A stretch of DNA of 63,408 bases from Paraglomus brasilianum (Eukaryota). Made by a program: the position numbers and the translations under genes. Under the pieces are notes generated by a model. That model made no database searches. It was not told where the DNA came from and saw nothing but the letters and a program-made list of their open reading frames with translations. Shown here one piece after another: positions 1-11,969 of the stretch; position 1 is the first letter of the stretch, and every line of letters starts with the position of its first letter. The stretch is from assembly GCA_910592345.1 (NCBI GenBank), contig CAJVPI010000061.1, forward strand, positions 1-63,408. Direction: 5' to 3'.

Positions 1-34
1 TATTTATAGAGACTACAGTGGGAGTAAATATCAT
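1..34 (-). mobile_element. Start of LINE ORF2 (APE endonuclease N-terminus), running off the left edge
   Basis: ATG at 34 lies just downstream of the ORF1 stop and reads MIFTPTVVSIN. This resembles the 'S/T-x-N' start of APE endonucleases. Only 11 codons are visible. Confidence 0.55.
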
Positions 35-56
35 ATTAGTCATTATTCTTATTAAG

Positions 57-1310
57 TCACTGGGCAGTTTTCTGGGAAGATCGATTAGTATTAGTAGGAT
101 ATGGGGAGGAGGAAGAAGAATGAGAGTTAGTACGTTTAGAGTGTTTGGAACAATGATTGTTAACAACTTCATAAGTTTGAGTATCATCATTTTGATCAGT
201 TTCAATTTCCATAGAGTTGTCTTGTGAGAAGGCATTGGTATTAACAACATCAGATGTATTTGATGATGAAGAAGAAGAGAGACCATTATCTTGTTCATCA
301 GATTCATTTGAAATCTGTGGAGTTTTTGGAGCATGAATGGAAGATTGAAGGTTTGATGTTACAGTAGAAGGTTGAGGATCTATATTCATAGCTGTTTGAG
401 TGGCATTGTTAAGGTTAGTATTAGATTGATTCAGAGAGTTAGTAAATGCAGCATAGGTTTTTCTTGGGTTAGGACGTGGGCGAGGACGAAGAGGACAATT
501 GCCATTCAAGTGATCTTGCTTATGGCAGTAGAGACAAATTGATGCAGAATTCAAAAAGGTAAGAGCAACTGATGAGTCAAGAATAGTAAGATGTACTGGA
601 ATTTGTTTGTTTGGAATGAGTTCAACAACAACATCCCATTTGGGAGTTAAGAGATCAGTGCCAGAAATCAAAACAGGAGCAACTTCTTTAACAGTACAAT
701 AAGGGGAAAGAGAGGTTGTAATTGCATCAGTAATTGTATCATGTGGCATTATGGGTAGACCATGCAAATGAACAACAATGGAACATCTAGGGACAGATTT
801 GGGTGGAGTAAAATAAATGCACTTGTCATTGATAATGACAGAGGCTAAGGCAAGATATTTTTCATAAGTGTTGGCATCTTTGAAAGTGAGTTGGAGAAAG
901 CGATCAGCTGGGAAAAAGGCAACACCAAGAAGATCATTACGAAAATATGATCCAATTGCTTTATCAGATATGTTATTTGCTTTATGATCAATGAAGAGGC
1001 TGTTAGGAGAAGATGTGTCAGGAGGGACACGACCTACAAATGGTTTGTTAGTAAGAGATGATTTAGTGTTTTTCCAAGAGAAAATGGTAAATGAGCCATC
1101 GGGATTGACCAATTACAATGGAACATTTGTGGGAATAATTCTGATAGGTGAGGTAGAGGGAAGAGGGGGTTGCTGAAGAACAGCAGAATAAGATAGGGAG
1201 GAAGAAACAGCACTAGAAGATGTTGTAGCAGAGGTTGTATCAGTTGAAGACATGTTTTTTGTTTTATTAATTGAGAAAGGGTTTTTGAGTAAAGATAATA
1301 TTGATTTCAC
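57..1310 (-). mobile_element. Non-LTR (LINE) retrotransposon ORF1, gag-like, interrupted by one in-frame stop
   Basis: ORFs 1113..1310 and 57..1112 are in the same frame, separated by TAA at 1115-1113. The product has a 'SYSAVL' N-terminal motif, a 'VHLHGLP' RRM-like segment, a CCHC knuckle (CLYCHKQDHLNGNC) and an S/T/N-rich tail. Confidence 0.85.
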
Positions 1311-1493
1311 AAAATTTTTGATTGACTTGCAATTTCATATAAAGTTACACAAAATAATTATTTGTTTTGATCTTGACATGGACTTTCTCCTTGATAATAA
1401 TATGGTAACAGCAATTGTATGATAAATGAACTTATTTACCTTGTCAAGCTTTATCATACCACATTTATGGCTGACCCAGGTCGATGAAAACTT

Positions 1494-1690
1494 TACTATA
1501 TAAGGTATACTCCGACTGGTCGACTAAGCCGATAAATTTTTACTAAATAAGGTATGTATGGCTGGCCGACTCGGTTAATAAATTTTATACTATATAAGGT
1601 ATACTCGGCTGGTCGACTAAGCCGATAAATTTTTACTAAATAAGGTATGTATGGCTGGCCGACTAGGTTAATAAAATTTATACTATATAT
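1494..1690. repeat. Tandem repeat of a 93-94 bp unit (two copies plus a partial third), probably hAT subterminal repeats
   Basis: Units start 'tactatata' at 1494, 1588 and 1681. They contain CCGAC/GCCGA motifs that recur near the hAT right end (4312-4380). Confidence 0.85.
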
Positions 1691-1878
1691 AGTGTGCAAA
1701 ATGCTTATGACCAAGTCGGCCAGGCTGATAAGATCCTTCTTCAATAGGCAAATATTGCTACATACAGTATGAGAAGGGAGTGGGAAATCGTGAGAGGAAA
1801 AAAAAATAATGAAGCATATTATGGTTTAATGGAATCATGTACATATACATACACGTTTAACTAAATACGAATACGACT

Positions 1879-4022
1879 ATGTCAAGCCGACGGAAAAGCA
1901 AACTAAGACGTTTTATAGCATATAACCCAAACATTCCTAATACTACAACCACTAGACATCAACAAACTGAACGCGCATCCATACAATCTATACCACCCTA
2001 TGAATCTTTTTCTCCGTCTATCTCTCCTAACGAAGAATATTTAGCACCGCCTGTCTTGTCACCTCTACACTCACCAAGTTCTCCATCATCCACAAGTCTC
2101 CCGTCTACCTCGTATTCAGAACACCAACCCCCTGTCCAAGTGCTACAGACAATAAAACATATGCAACGCAGAGACCATAACAGTAGCTGGGTATGGGATT
2201 ATGTAGATAAAAACATTATCGATGGTTATAGATACTGTCAAGTATTAGTGGTTAAAAACGGTCAAAGCATTCCATGTGGAAATGGCTTCAAGTCATCCTG
2301 CTCTACGACTAACATTGGAAATCATCTAAGCAAAAGTACACAGAATAATGACAGTCTATGATTCTGCAGAAACTATGAAAAATGTAGCCTTAAATAAAAA
2401 CCAACAGACGATAGAAGATTGCATCAACACAGCAAAACAATACAAACCAACTGATATTCAGTATCATCATATTACAACCAGATTGCTGCAGTGGATAGTT
2501 GAAGATTTACAGCCGCTTAACATTGTCAACACACCAACATTCATAAGTTTATGTGAATCCTTGAATAGGCGATATCCGGTGCCCTGTATTAGTACCATAA
2601 AGAAGAAACTACATGAATGTGTTGTGTTTACTGAAGAACGTCTGCAAAACGAAATCAAAAATTCAATGAAAACATGTAGTTTTACAACAGACCTCTGGAC
2701 ACAATTTCACACACCATATATTGGTGTGACAATTCACTGGATTACTCCTGACTTCGAGCTGAAGCAAGGACTCTTAACTATCGAAGAATTTCCCTATGGA
2801 CATTCAGCTGCCAGAATCGCCGAGTTCCTTCGTATGTTATTTGAGAAGTGGTGTATAAGTGATAAAGTCATTGCGGGAATAAGTGATAACGCTGCCAACA
2901 TGACGGTTGCACTACGACAACTAAACATGCAACACATAACCTGCTGTGCACATACGCTACAACTTGCAATAAATGAAGGACTCAAAGAATGTCGTGAACT
3001 CACACAAAGGCTACGGCATTAAATAATGCCCTTGTGAATCGTGATAAATACCGTGAAACACTGCGGCGTGTGCAACAGTTAATGATCGATGATAATCTAC
3101 AAACAAAAATTCTCGAACCTATCACTGACGTCAAAACTAGATGGAACTCAACTTACCTTGTGCTGCAGCGCCTTCTTACACTCCGTAACGCTGTGCATTC
3201 CCTGGCTGCTGTCCTCAAGAACGATACTGAATATTCAGTTCGAAATGATATCTGGAAAACCTCTTATTAAGTGACAACGAATGGCTAGTGTTAAGCAGTT
3301 TATTAGAATTGTTGAAGCCATTTGTCCAGGTCACAGACATTATTGGCAGAAGCCATTATCCGACACTATCTATGATGTACCCAGCCATAAACAAAATCCG
3401 AAACCATCTTGCTCAATTTACATCTCGACATGACTTACCTGCAATTGTGGCAAGAGTGAGAGACCGTATTGATGAGCAGATAGAGATACGCTGGCAGAAT
3501 ACTTTGTCGATGGGGTCTTTTGCCTCATACTTCGACCCTCGCTTCAAAAAACTGAAATTCTTAAGTGTTGAGGAACAGGCAGGCGTTATGACGGAAGTAC
3601 AACGAATTATGGAAACAGATGACTCAGCAAGTGCGACACTCACGGTGCAAATGAATTCAAATCGGAACAGTTTCTTCGATGATATAGATGAAGATGACGT
3701 TTCCTCCATACAAAACGAGATACAATTATATTCCACAATGTTACCAATCCCAACCCACCCCCTCAACGATCCGTTGTATAAAACGGAAAATCCACTTAGT
3801 TGGTGGAAGTTGCACAGTAGGACGCTACCCAACCATGCCAAACAAGCTTGCAAGTATCTTGCGATACCTGCTTCGTCGGTTCCTTCTGAGAGATTATTTT
3901 CGGATGCCGGAAATATAATTACCGAAAAACGCAACAGGTTAAGTCCGACTTATGTTCATGATATTCTTTTCTTAAAACATAATTCAAAACTCTTTGATGT
4001 GTATTCAGACTTAAGTGCGTAG
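1879..4022 (+). pseudogene. hAT-family transposase (BED finger, DDE, hATC dimerisation domain), frameshifted
   Basis: BED finger WDYV...C..C...NHLSK(V)H. Catalytic motifs FTTDLWT, ISDNAANM, CCAH and TRWNST. C-terminal LAIPASSVPSERLFSDAGNIITEKRNRL. The protein is split over four ORFs by frameshifts near 2332, 3025 and 3260. Confidence 0.93.
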
Positions 4023-4311
4023 TAATCGTTATTATATAGATGTTAGTTCTCAACAAGGATTGTTGTTGGGTGAATTTGCAGATAGGAATAACATTCTATT
4101 AGTTAACGGAGATTATGTGTATTAAGATATTGACATGCATTTGATGTGTTTTCTTATTACGCTTGTTTAGATGATATTATTTCAGTTATATAGCGCTAAG
4201 GAATTGGCGTGATAATTGTTTTTAGATACTATTTCAACGAAGAGTTGATATGAATTAATAAAATATATATGCACATATGTTACTGGAAGTAAATTTACTA
4301 AAATTGGAATG

Positions 4312-4389
4312 ACCGACTGAAGGCCGACTGAGCCAAAAATTTTGTATCAGCCAGGCTGGCCAATAAATTTTTGTCGGCCTCCATCACTA
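4312..4389 (+). mobile_element. Probable right terminus of the hAT element
   Basis: CCGAC repeats end in ...gtcggcctccatcacta. Its reverse complement begins TAGTGATGG, similar to hAT TIR starts. Confidence 0.55.
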
Positions 4390-4699
4390 ATTGAAGCATA
4401 GACATAATTTTCTTGGTTTAAATGGCTATTATTTGTTATTTGACAGATTTAGTCTATCATGATAACCATATGACGAAAGAGTGTATACAAACTCTAATCA
4501 CTACAGTCTTTATGATGACATTATTTATTATGTGCCTTAAGAAAGAATGACTCGTTTACGTTTCATCGTCATTATGATAAAGATGACGACTTTTATGTTG
4601 GGGTGGGAAAAAAATATGCTGGAAGAGTGATGGGAGACTGTTCTCCTATAAAAAAAATAGGCTCCCTCAGAGGTGGGTGGGCGGGTTTATAAAAACTAA

Positions 4700-6024
4700 C
4701 ACTAAATTGAAATCCAAACCTTTTCCGTTGTCATAACGCTGAGCCTTGTTTAACCCAATTTTTTCACAACTTCAACAATATTAATATGGTCCACCACAAT
4801 ATACCGTTGTTTTGCGATATAGTTTCTTAATCAATCCAAAACTACCATCACACTTGAATTTAGTATGTCCGGTACCATAAAATTTAATTCGATCATAATA
4901 ACCGCAAATTACTAAATATAGGTAAAATCAAATGGTAGCGTTATTTTTATTCTGACCACCCGCGTTGTCACTTAAATGCTTTTCACCTTTATTAAATTTC
5001 TTAATCCCATCAAAAACCATGCTCAGTGCCTTTGCCGATAATTTTGTCTTCATCGAGAACATAATAATTTGTTCGCGTACCGCTTTATCTTGAATACCAA
5101 ATAAATGCACTTTACGTGAACTGAGATAATATACCTGTGGTCGGAATGTAGCACGTGAACATTTTGTGCTCAATCGTAACTGTAATGAGCAGTAGCATCA
5201 ATGCTACAATAAGCAGCTTTACCTCTTGTTATAAAATGCTCACCTACTAATTTTCTTTGTTGCTCTGCTAATTTCGTATTTTGTGGTAATAGTTTCTTTC
5301 TAATTTTGTTATAACCAGATGTTCTTTGTATTTTTTCAGCAAGTCTCTTGCTTCTTCTTCTTTGCGAGCATTATATTGTAAGCCGTTTCGAAATCGTTGA
5401 CATGTATCGCATAAATCCGTTCTTGGGCTCATTATTTGTTAGTTGGTGGCATAACTTGCGAAATGTATTATATTTTAATAATTTCAACATGCTATCGTTT
5501 TCAAGACCTGCAAGAAAGTCTCGATGGACCGATTTATAGCTTGTTTCTGCTGGTAAAAATATAAGCGATTGGGTAATGCGATTGACGTTTCTACCAGGAC
5601 TTGGTAATCCATGAATTTCAGCTAGTTTTCGAGAAAATTCTTCACGGTTATATCAATGGTTATTGTTTTCCGTTGCGGTACTTGTTTTACATTGCCATGA
5701 ACGCGCGGTATCGTACCATTCGTTGTCAGGTAATCTCTAACATTTTCGAAAGTGAGTGCGACCAACTCCCAACATATTGAGATACTTTTTTTGACAAAGT
5801 GGCGTATTGCGATCTCAATAATAAAAAGTTCTCTTAGTACGCGTTTTCTTTTTAAGACGTCGACTGGCGGTCATTTCTCCACCATTCATTGCTTTCAGCT
5901 GGGCCATTAAAAATATATCTTGTTCGGATTTAGAGAGAGCTTGAAACGCCTCGGCAAACCTTTCTCTCGGAATCTTTTCGAACAACCACAATTGCAACCT
6001 GTCTCTAAGAAAGTATTGTGTCAT
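4700..6024 (-). pseudogene. Decayed DDE transposase, Sola-like (DNxxGQNKN type)
   Basis: Fragments in several frames: 'PRVHGN' (~5700), 'QVYYLSSRKVHLFGIQD', 'SDNAGGQNKNNAT' and 'MVP/GHTKFKCDGSFGLIKKLY' (~4880-4820, with a frameshift). The superfamily call is from motif recall. Confidence 0.7.
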
Positions 6025-7458
6025 ATTTAGTGAACCGTTATAATTGGACTTTTTTATATACGGGGAATCCTATATTAATATATAATTTTATCTCAAGAAT
6101 TTTGGTATTATGGTTTTAAAAACATAAGGGGCAATTTTTTCTCCTTGAGCCTTTTTTATAATGCTTCAATGGTGATATAATTCTTTGTTTCTATGGTGGG
6201 TTTGATGTAAATTAATTTCATATTTATATTTTTATATAGAGATACGCCTATATGAAAGCATACTATAATTTTTATATAGAATTTGCTAATTACATTTTGG
6301 CATAAAAATGCATCTACAAGTTATTGCTGTGATAATCAAAATGTTATTAGTCAAATTTAAATTATTTAACTTTAACCACTTTATGTCACATAATAGAATG
6401 TTCACTTTGTCTGGTTTTGTTGCAGCATGACCCATATGATGAAGGGAACCCTTATTCATAAGGGTTTATGATACTTCTAATGGTTGCTATAATCTTTTAT
6501 ATAAAGATGTCCTATATTAAGCACATTATAATTTTTAGTAACATGTCTGTGTCTATAAATTTATGTCTGAGCTACAGCTGTGCCACCAAAGCAGTGCCAC
6601 CAAAGTAAAACTTCATCAGTTTGAGTTCAGGTAATCAAATATTCACTTTGTCTCGTTTTGTTGGTCCCCCATTTGTCATCATTGTTATTTATATTTAAAA
6701 ATAAGCGCTATATCATTCCATTTATGTTTTAAATTTTCCCTTTTTGAAAAAACCAATACTAATACTAATAATTTCATAAAAGCCTGTTCCGTTATTACTA
6801 TACATTTCATTCAGTCCGAAGATTCTGATTAGCATCTTTTATAGTATTTTAATTTGGGTATTTAAAATTCATATTAATATTAATATTGCCTTGATATTAA
6901 CCAAAATAGCCAATTGTAATTTGTGTAGTGGAACACGTGAACTCATGATCTTGTGCGCTGTAGCCGATACAGCTCGATTAGTCCGGACTTGGTAGACTGG
7001 TCCTCGTCGACGTTCAGCTCATAAAGTACTTCGTTATTCTTGATGATAATTACTTAATTCCTTTTAAAGAAAAATGTAAATTTCAAGTTTATTATGGTAA
7101 CAAGTCTTTCGACTTTCTTACGCACGAAGGCACATGACTGCTCTAATTAATAAACAATGCAATATTATCTTAGCGTGAGAACTAGTTTGTGTTGGACGTG
7201 ATAGTTCTGAGAGGCAATTCGAGGCTATTATTGAATTGGAACATTTCTGCTTGCATACGTCCCAGTTTGACTAAATTGATACAGCCAATTCCCCGATATT
7301 TTGATAAACCCGGCCATGCTATTAATAGAGTCACGAGTTTCTTCGTCATCTGAATACTGCGCCGATTCAATGTATTTGATCATTCGATGTTGTGATCACA
7401 TTGAATCAAGGATTGGAAGTTCACCATCCGAGCCGCACATCGTCATCAACAAAAAAAT

Positions 7459-10400
7459 ATGGGTGAGAATAAGAAAGACAAAAAATACCAAACTAAAAAG
7501 CGACCTTCTACTTCCGAAGGTAATGGATCCAACACTTTGACACACTCCTTTATTTAACTGAGAAGGCCTTTTGTTTCCCTTCATTATACACAACTTAACT
7601 TCTCGCTTACGCTCATATGTCATCGTCATAACCAGTATTAAAAATATTATATTATTTATCCTCGAATAGAACAGAAATCTTCACATAGGATAAAGATATC
7701 ACTCAAATTAAAGAAAAGTGACGATACTGATAACCAGAAGAATGTCAGAATACCGTCAACGAAACATTATAACGAGACATCTACCGCGGCAAAGGATCAT
7801 AGACAAACTAAGCGGCGTCGAAGGACAGTTAACAATGGAGCCCAGCTACCAGAAATTCACAAGCCTCCCAAGCTGAAAATAAGACTAAAGTCTTCGAATA
7901 CGACGGCAACAACAACAACAGCAGCAGCAACAAAAAGAATAACAACAGCAACGCCGCCGACACTAGTACCTCCTCCAGCAACACTGCCTCCACCGACGCC
8001 CCCTCCACCACCTCCTCCACCACCTTCAATCACCAAGACACCCGCAAATGTAATAAAAGCACCAACAACAAAGGTTGATACAAAGAGATCTAACGCTGTT
8101 GAGTCTGACACTTCCTCTTCCAATAAATATAAAAATAATGACAAGACTAAAAAAGATGCCCCCCCAGGTAATTATTAGGATATTACCATGCTAAGTCGGA
8201 TTAAGGCTACTTTTTTCCACTATTAATTGATTACAACCAATAAAGCCAATAGACGTCCAGGGAAAACGAACATCGAGCAAGCAATTCGCAAAGAGCGTGT
8301 TTCTAGTAAAGTGCAAGAAATTCGTAAAGAACGCGTTTCTAATAAATTACGGTCCAACCAGAAGAAGCGTAAGGATCTTGTGAGTGTCATGAATAAATTA
8401 TTGGATGCATTTGTCAAGTGAGTTATGAAATCTCTTTTTTTTTAAACCAAGTTATATATTTTCATTGATTTATTCATATGAGTAACCTATTTAACAATCT
8501 ATTATCATTACAATATAATAATAGGAAAGATGCATACGGTTTCTTCCTTGAACCAGTCAATACGGAAATGGTCACCGACTACTTGACGATCATAAAGCAG
8601 CCGATGGACTTTGGTACAATGAGACGGAAAGTTGCAAAAAAGGAATATCAAACAATGGATCACTTCAAGGTCAACTACTTGTTAGTATGCTAAACGCTCT
8701 TGTATTCTACCATTTAGTAACAATAATTATGTTTCAATCGACAATAGGCTGAATTTGCCTTGGTCTGTAACAATGCCAAAACATATAATGCTCCAGAGAC
8801 AATTTACTATAAATGTGCAGATAAGATATGGCAATATGGTGAAAAGGCAATTGAAAGAGAAAAGAATGCGTTAATATTGGAAGAGGAGAAGGCAAAGGCT
8901 AAACAAATGGAAGAGGATATTGACATTGAATCAGTGGCCGAAGGTGGTATAAGAGGAAATAAGGTTCGTGCAGTAGTTTATTCTTATGAATAAAACTGTT
9001 GATTTGATAATAAGTACTGAGTGTTATAATCTCTCTATAGTCATTCGGCTTTGCAGGTATCTTGCCATTTAGCTTGTGTTGTATCAACTGGTGGTGGGTA
9101 ATATTGGAAATTTGCTAAAGCCTAATGCATTTTTAGGCTCATCTACATCGAAGGGCACCAAACAGTCAAAGAAATCGAAGCGCAATGATGGTGGACGTGG
9201 CCATATGTACTGTTCGGATGGTTCGCTTGATATATGTATGTATTATCTATGCACAAACTTAGTGAACTAATTCCTACAAATAATGTCACCAAGCCAAACT
9301 GCTCGGTATAAAATAAGTGCAGCATTATATGAATACTGAATTAGGTAGATTAGAGCAGAGTGTACATTCAAAGTTTATGTAATAGTGAACCGTTATTCTT
9401 GCTTTATAACCCACAATTAACACGTTTTTCTTATTCTCCTTTTTAGCTTTCTATCTAAAGAGGATGGAGAAACCAGAATCATTTGGACAGACACCTCTGC
9501 TTACGGTTATATCATCCTCTAGGTTAATAGGCGAACGCATTGAGCGCGAAGGTAAATTTTATCTGTCCCACTATATTTAGTCAACTGTAAACATCCCTAT
9601 ACCAATTGATCATCTGGATGGATTGGAAGTAAAACATATGCTCATTGAAACATTACGTTCTGACACCGCTTATCTTCCTGTATCAGCCACATTCCTAGAC
9701 TATGGTCCATATGCTACACTCGGGATAGATCCTCCTCAAATCTCGACACAGGGAATGTCACACATGTACAATCTCTACGGAGATGAAAGAGGCTATGCAT
9801 ACGCAAGGAGTTTACGCACCTTTGTCCAAGGTATCGGACCGGAAATTGAGGAATATGTAGAGAATACTCTTGACAATCTGTCACGTGGTGCTATGAGCAT
9901 AGATAAGAAAGTAGCGGCTTTATGTAAAATGGATATATCTCCAGAAGACGAAAAGATGTCAGCTATCGTATCAAATAATGAACTTGGACAAGTGGATGTG
10001 ATGAAAGAACTTGAGAATATAAGGAATGCTCCCGGTTTTAGAAAGATGATATCTGACCTGGAAAGGTGGAGCACGGAGAAAATAGATATTCACATGTTGG
10101 GAGTGGATCTGAACAGTCAACCGGTACCTAAGATGAGGAATAGTCGACAAAATACTGCTGGTCAGTAGAGATAGAGGAAAATTGGGCGATTTTGTAATTG
10201 TTCATATATGGCTGATTGTTCTTGCCTAATATATTTAGGATGGAAGTGTGCGAATTGCCTGACTTCTGTTACTCCTGGGTGGAGAGCCGGTGAGACTCCA
10301 GAGCAGAAGTTATGTAATGGTAGGTTATCGGGGTGATGGTGAATGGCTGATAGTTATGTCGAGTAACCGCTAGCTGGTGATTGATGGTTTAGTTAATTTA

Positions 10401-10589
10401 GCTAATCAATCAACCCGATTTCATACGGCTACATCTCAATGTCTGCTTACACGTTCACTTATTTCGATTCTCATTGTTTATTTTCTTATTCTAGCATGTG
10501 GTCTGTATTATGCGAAGAACAAGTCTCATAGACCAGCCAATCTATGGCAAAACCAAGTTGGTGTAATCACTCAGAAGGATCATTTGTAA
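7459..10589 (+). CDS. BRD7/BRD9-like bromodomain protein with a C-terminal GATA zinc finger (multi-exon)
   Basis: Phase-consistent model from ATG 7459 (intron 7520-7669). It has a Pro/Thr-rich exon, a bromodomain (KDAYGFFLEPV...IKQPMDFGTM...VCNNAKTYN) and a 16-nt microexon (9041-9056). It then has a DUF3512-like segment FLDYGPYATL...YGDERGYAYARSL and a GATA finger CANC-x18-CNACGLYY split by intron 10320-10494. Confidence 0.85.
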
Positions 10590-11856
10590 ATAGACATTAG
10601 ATGGTTATCATGAAGTGTTGTTGTCTTCATGACAAATGTATGGATATTAGGCATTTTTAGCCGTTGGTGGGATGTATAAAAAGTTGATTTTTTGAGAGTT
10701 TCTCTTGCTAGCATTGTTTGTCGTTCCAGTTGCTGTAATAAATTTGTAATATAGTGACTTATAAAAGTGTAATTGTGCTGATATCATTGTATCATAAATG
10801 CATAATTAATAAATGTCATGAAATTAATCACTAAGGTCTACTTGTTAATGTGACGCGAACGACAATAACTTGTCGGTAATAAAGGTAGACACGTCCGAAA
10901 GAGTATGTTCTATTAACCTTTTCCGTTCTGGATACTCGAGATAATTCATCAGACATAAGCAAGCATATTAATATTAATATGACCCTAATTCTGCTAATTG
11001 ACCCATTGGTAATAATGGTACGTTAACATCGAATTATTCGATATACAAACTTTGTTGCTAACCTTGGGCATTGAATCTCGTTAAAGCATTACATGAAAAT
11101 AAAAGAGGATAAATTATTGCTTATATGGTTGAACTATGTGATTTACATGAGTATAAGTGCAAATCAGGTGAACAATAGGTAATCTTAATACACCCGAGTT
11201 TGCCTAATCGATATGACCATTTCCAATGGTAATAACAAATTTGAGCGTAAATTCTCCGATTTTACGACTTCAGTCTTATCGTCACTAATACTAATATTCC
11301 TATAACAACATGGTTCATCTCATTGGAGGAACAATAGTAATATGGTCTGCAAAATGTTTGAATACATACCAAAGGTTCGTTAAGTTCGGTCACCTGGGAG
11401 AGGAGTTTGCGTCCGGGTATATTCTCAAAACTTGACTCTAAACGCGGTCTTGCTTACACGCCCGCGTCCTTTAAAGCATAGATATTTCTCAAAGGCGACT
11501 CTTTATAGTATAAGTTGCACCGATAATTGAATTATTCTTTCCTGTCTGGTCTAATACAAGCATCCGCTTAATCTACAGCTAGATGTTACTCTAATTGCCA
11601 TAAGCTGGCTTGTTTTAGCCGACTTCTAAGCAATGATCAGCAACGAGGAAAACTACGACGACTAATAGTCACCAATTTAGTTATCATACACGGTACACGG
11701 AATTCTAGCGAATCAGTTGGTGGAGATAAATTTACTTGATTTCACTACTGATCGTAGTATTTTATTTGATACCACAGCACATGCTTCGGCGATGGAATTT
11801 AGCTTAACTGTCACAAGAGTAATTTTGTGTTATCGAGGTGCGAGTTGTCAAGGCAA

Positions 11857-11969
11857 ATTTAAACGTCGTTACACTACTATTTATAATTCATATCTTTCAT
11901 AACACATTTGTGGACAGGGCACATTTAAACGTCGTTACACTACTATTTATAATTCATATCTTTCATAAC
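11857..11969. repeat. Perfect 47-bp direct repeat
   Basis: atttaaacgtcgttacactactatttataattcatatctttcataac occurs at 11857-11903 and 11923-11969. Confidence 0.9.

Noticed and set aside
1494..1690. Possible CRISPR-like array
   Set aside because: Whole units repeat with no unique spacers, the context is eukaryotic and there are no cas genes.
1496..1744. 82-aa ORF with an internal repeat
   Set aside because: It is a translation of the 94-bp tandem repeat.
6944..7385. Coding-like minus-strand segments (MIKYIESAQYSDDEE..., IIKNNEVLYELNVDEDQ...)
   Set aside because: I found no phase-consistent splice model and recognised no family, and the ATG is very close to the bromodomain gene start.
9057..9137. 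Intron starting GTATCTTG, resembling a U12-type donor
   Set aside because: It mismatches GTATCCTT and has no CCTTAAC branch point near the acceptor.
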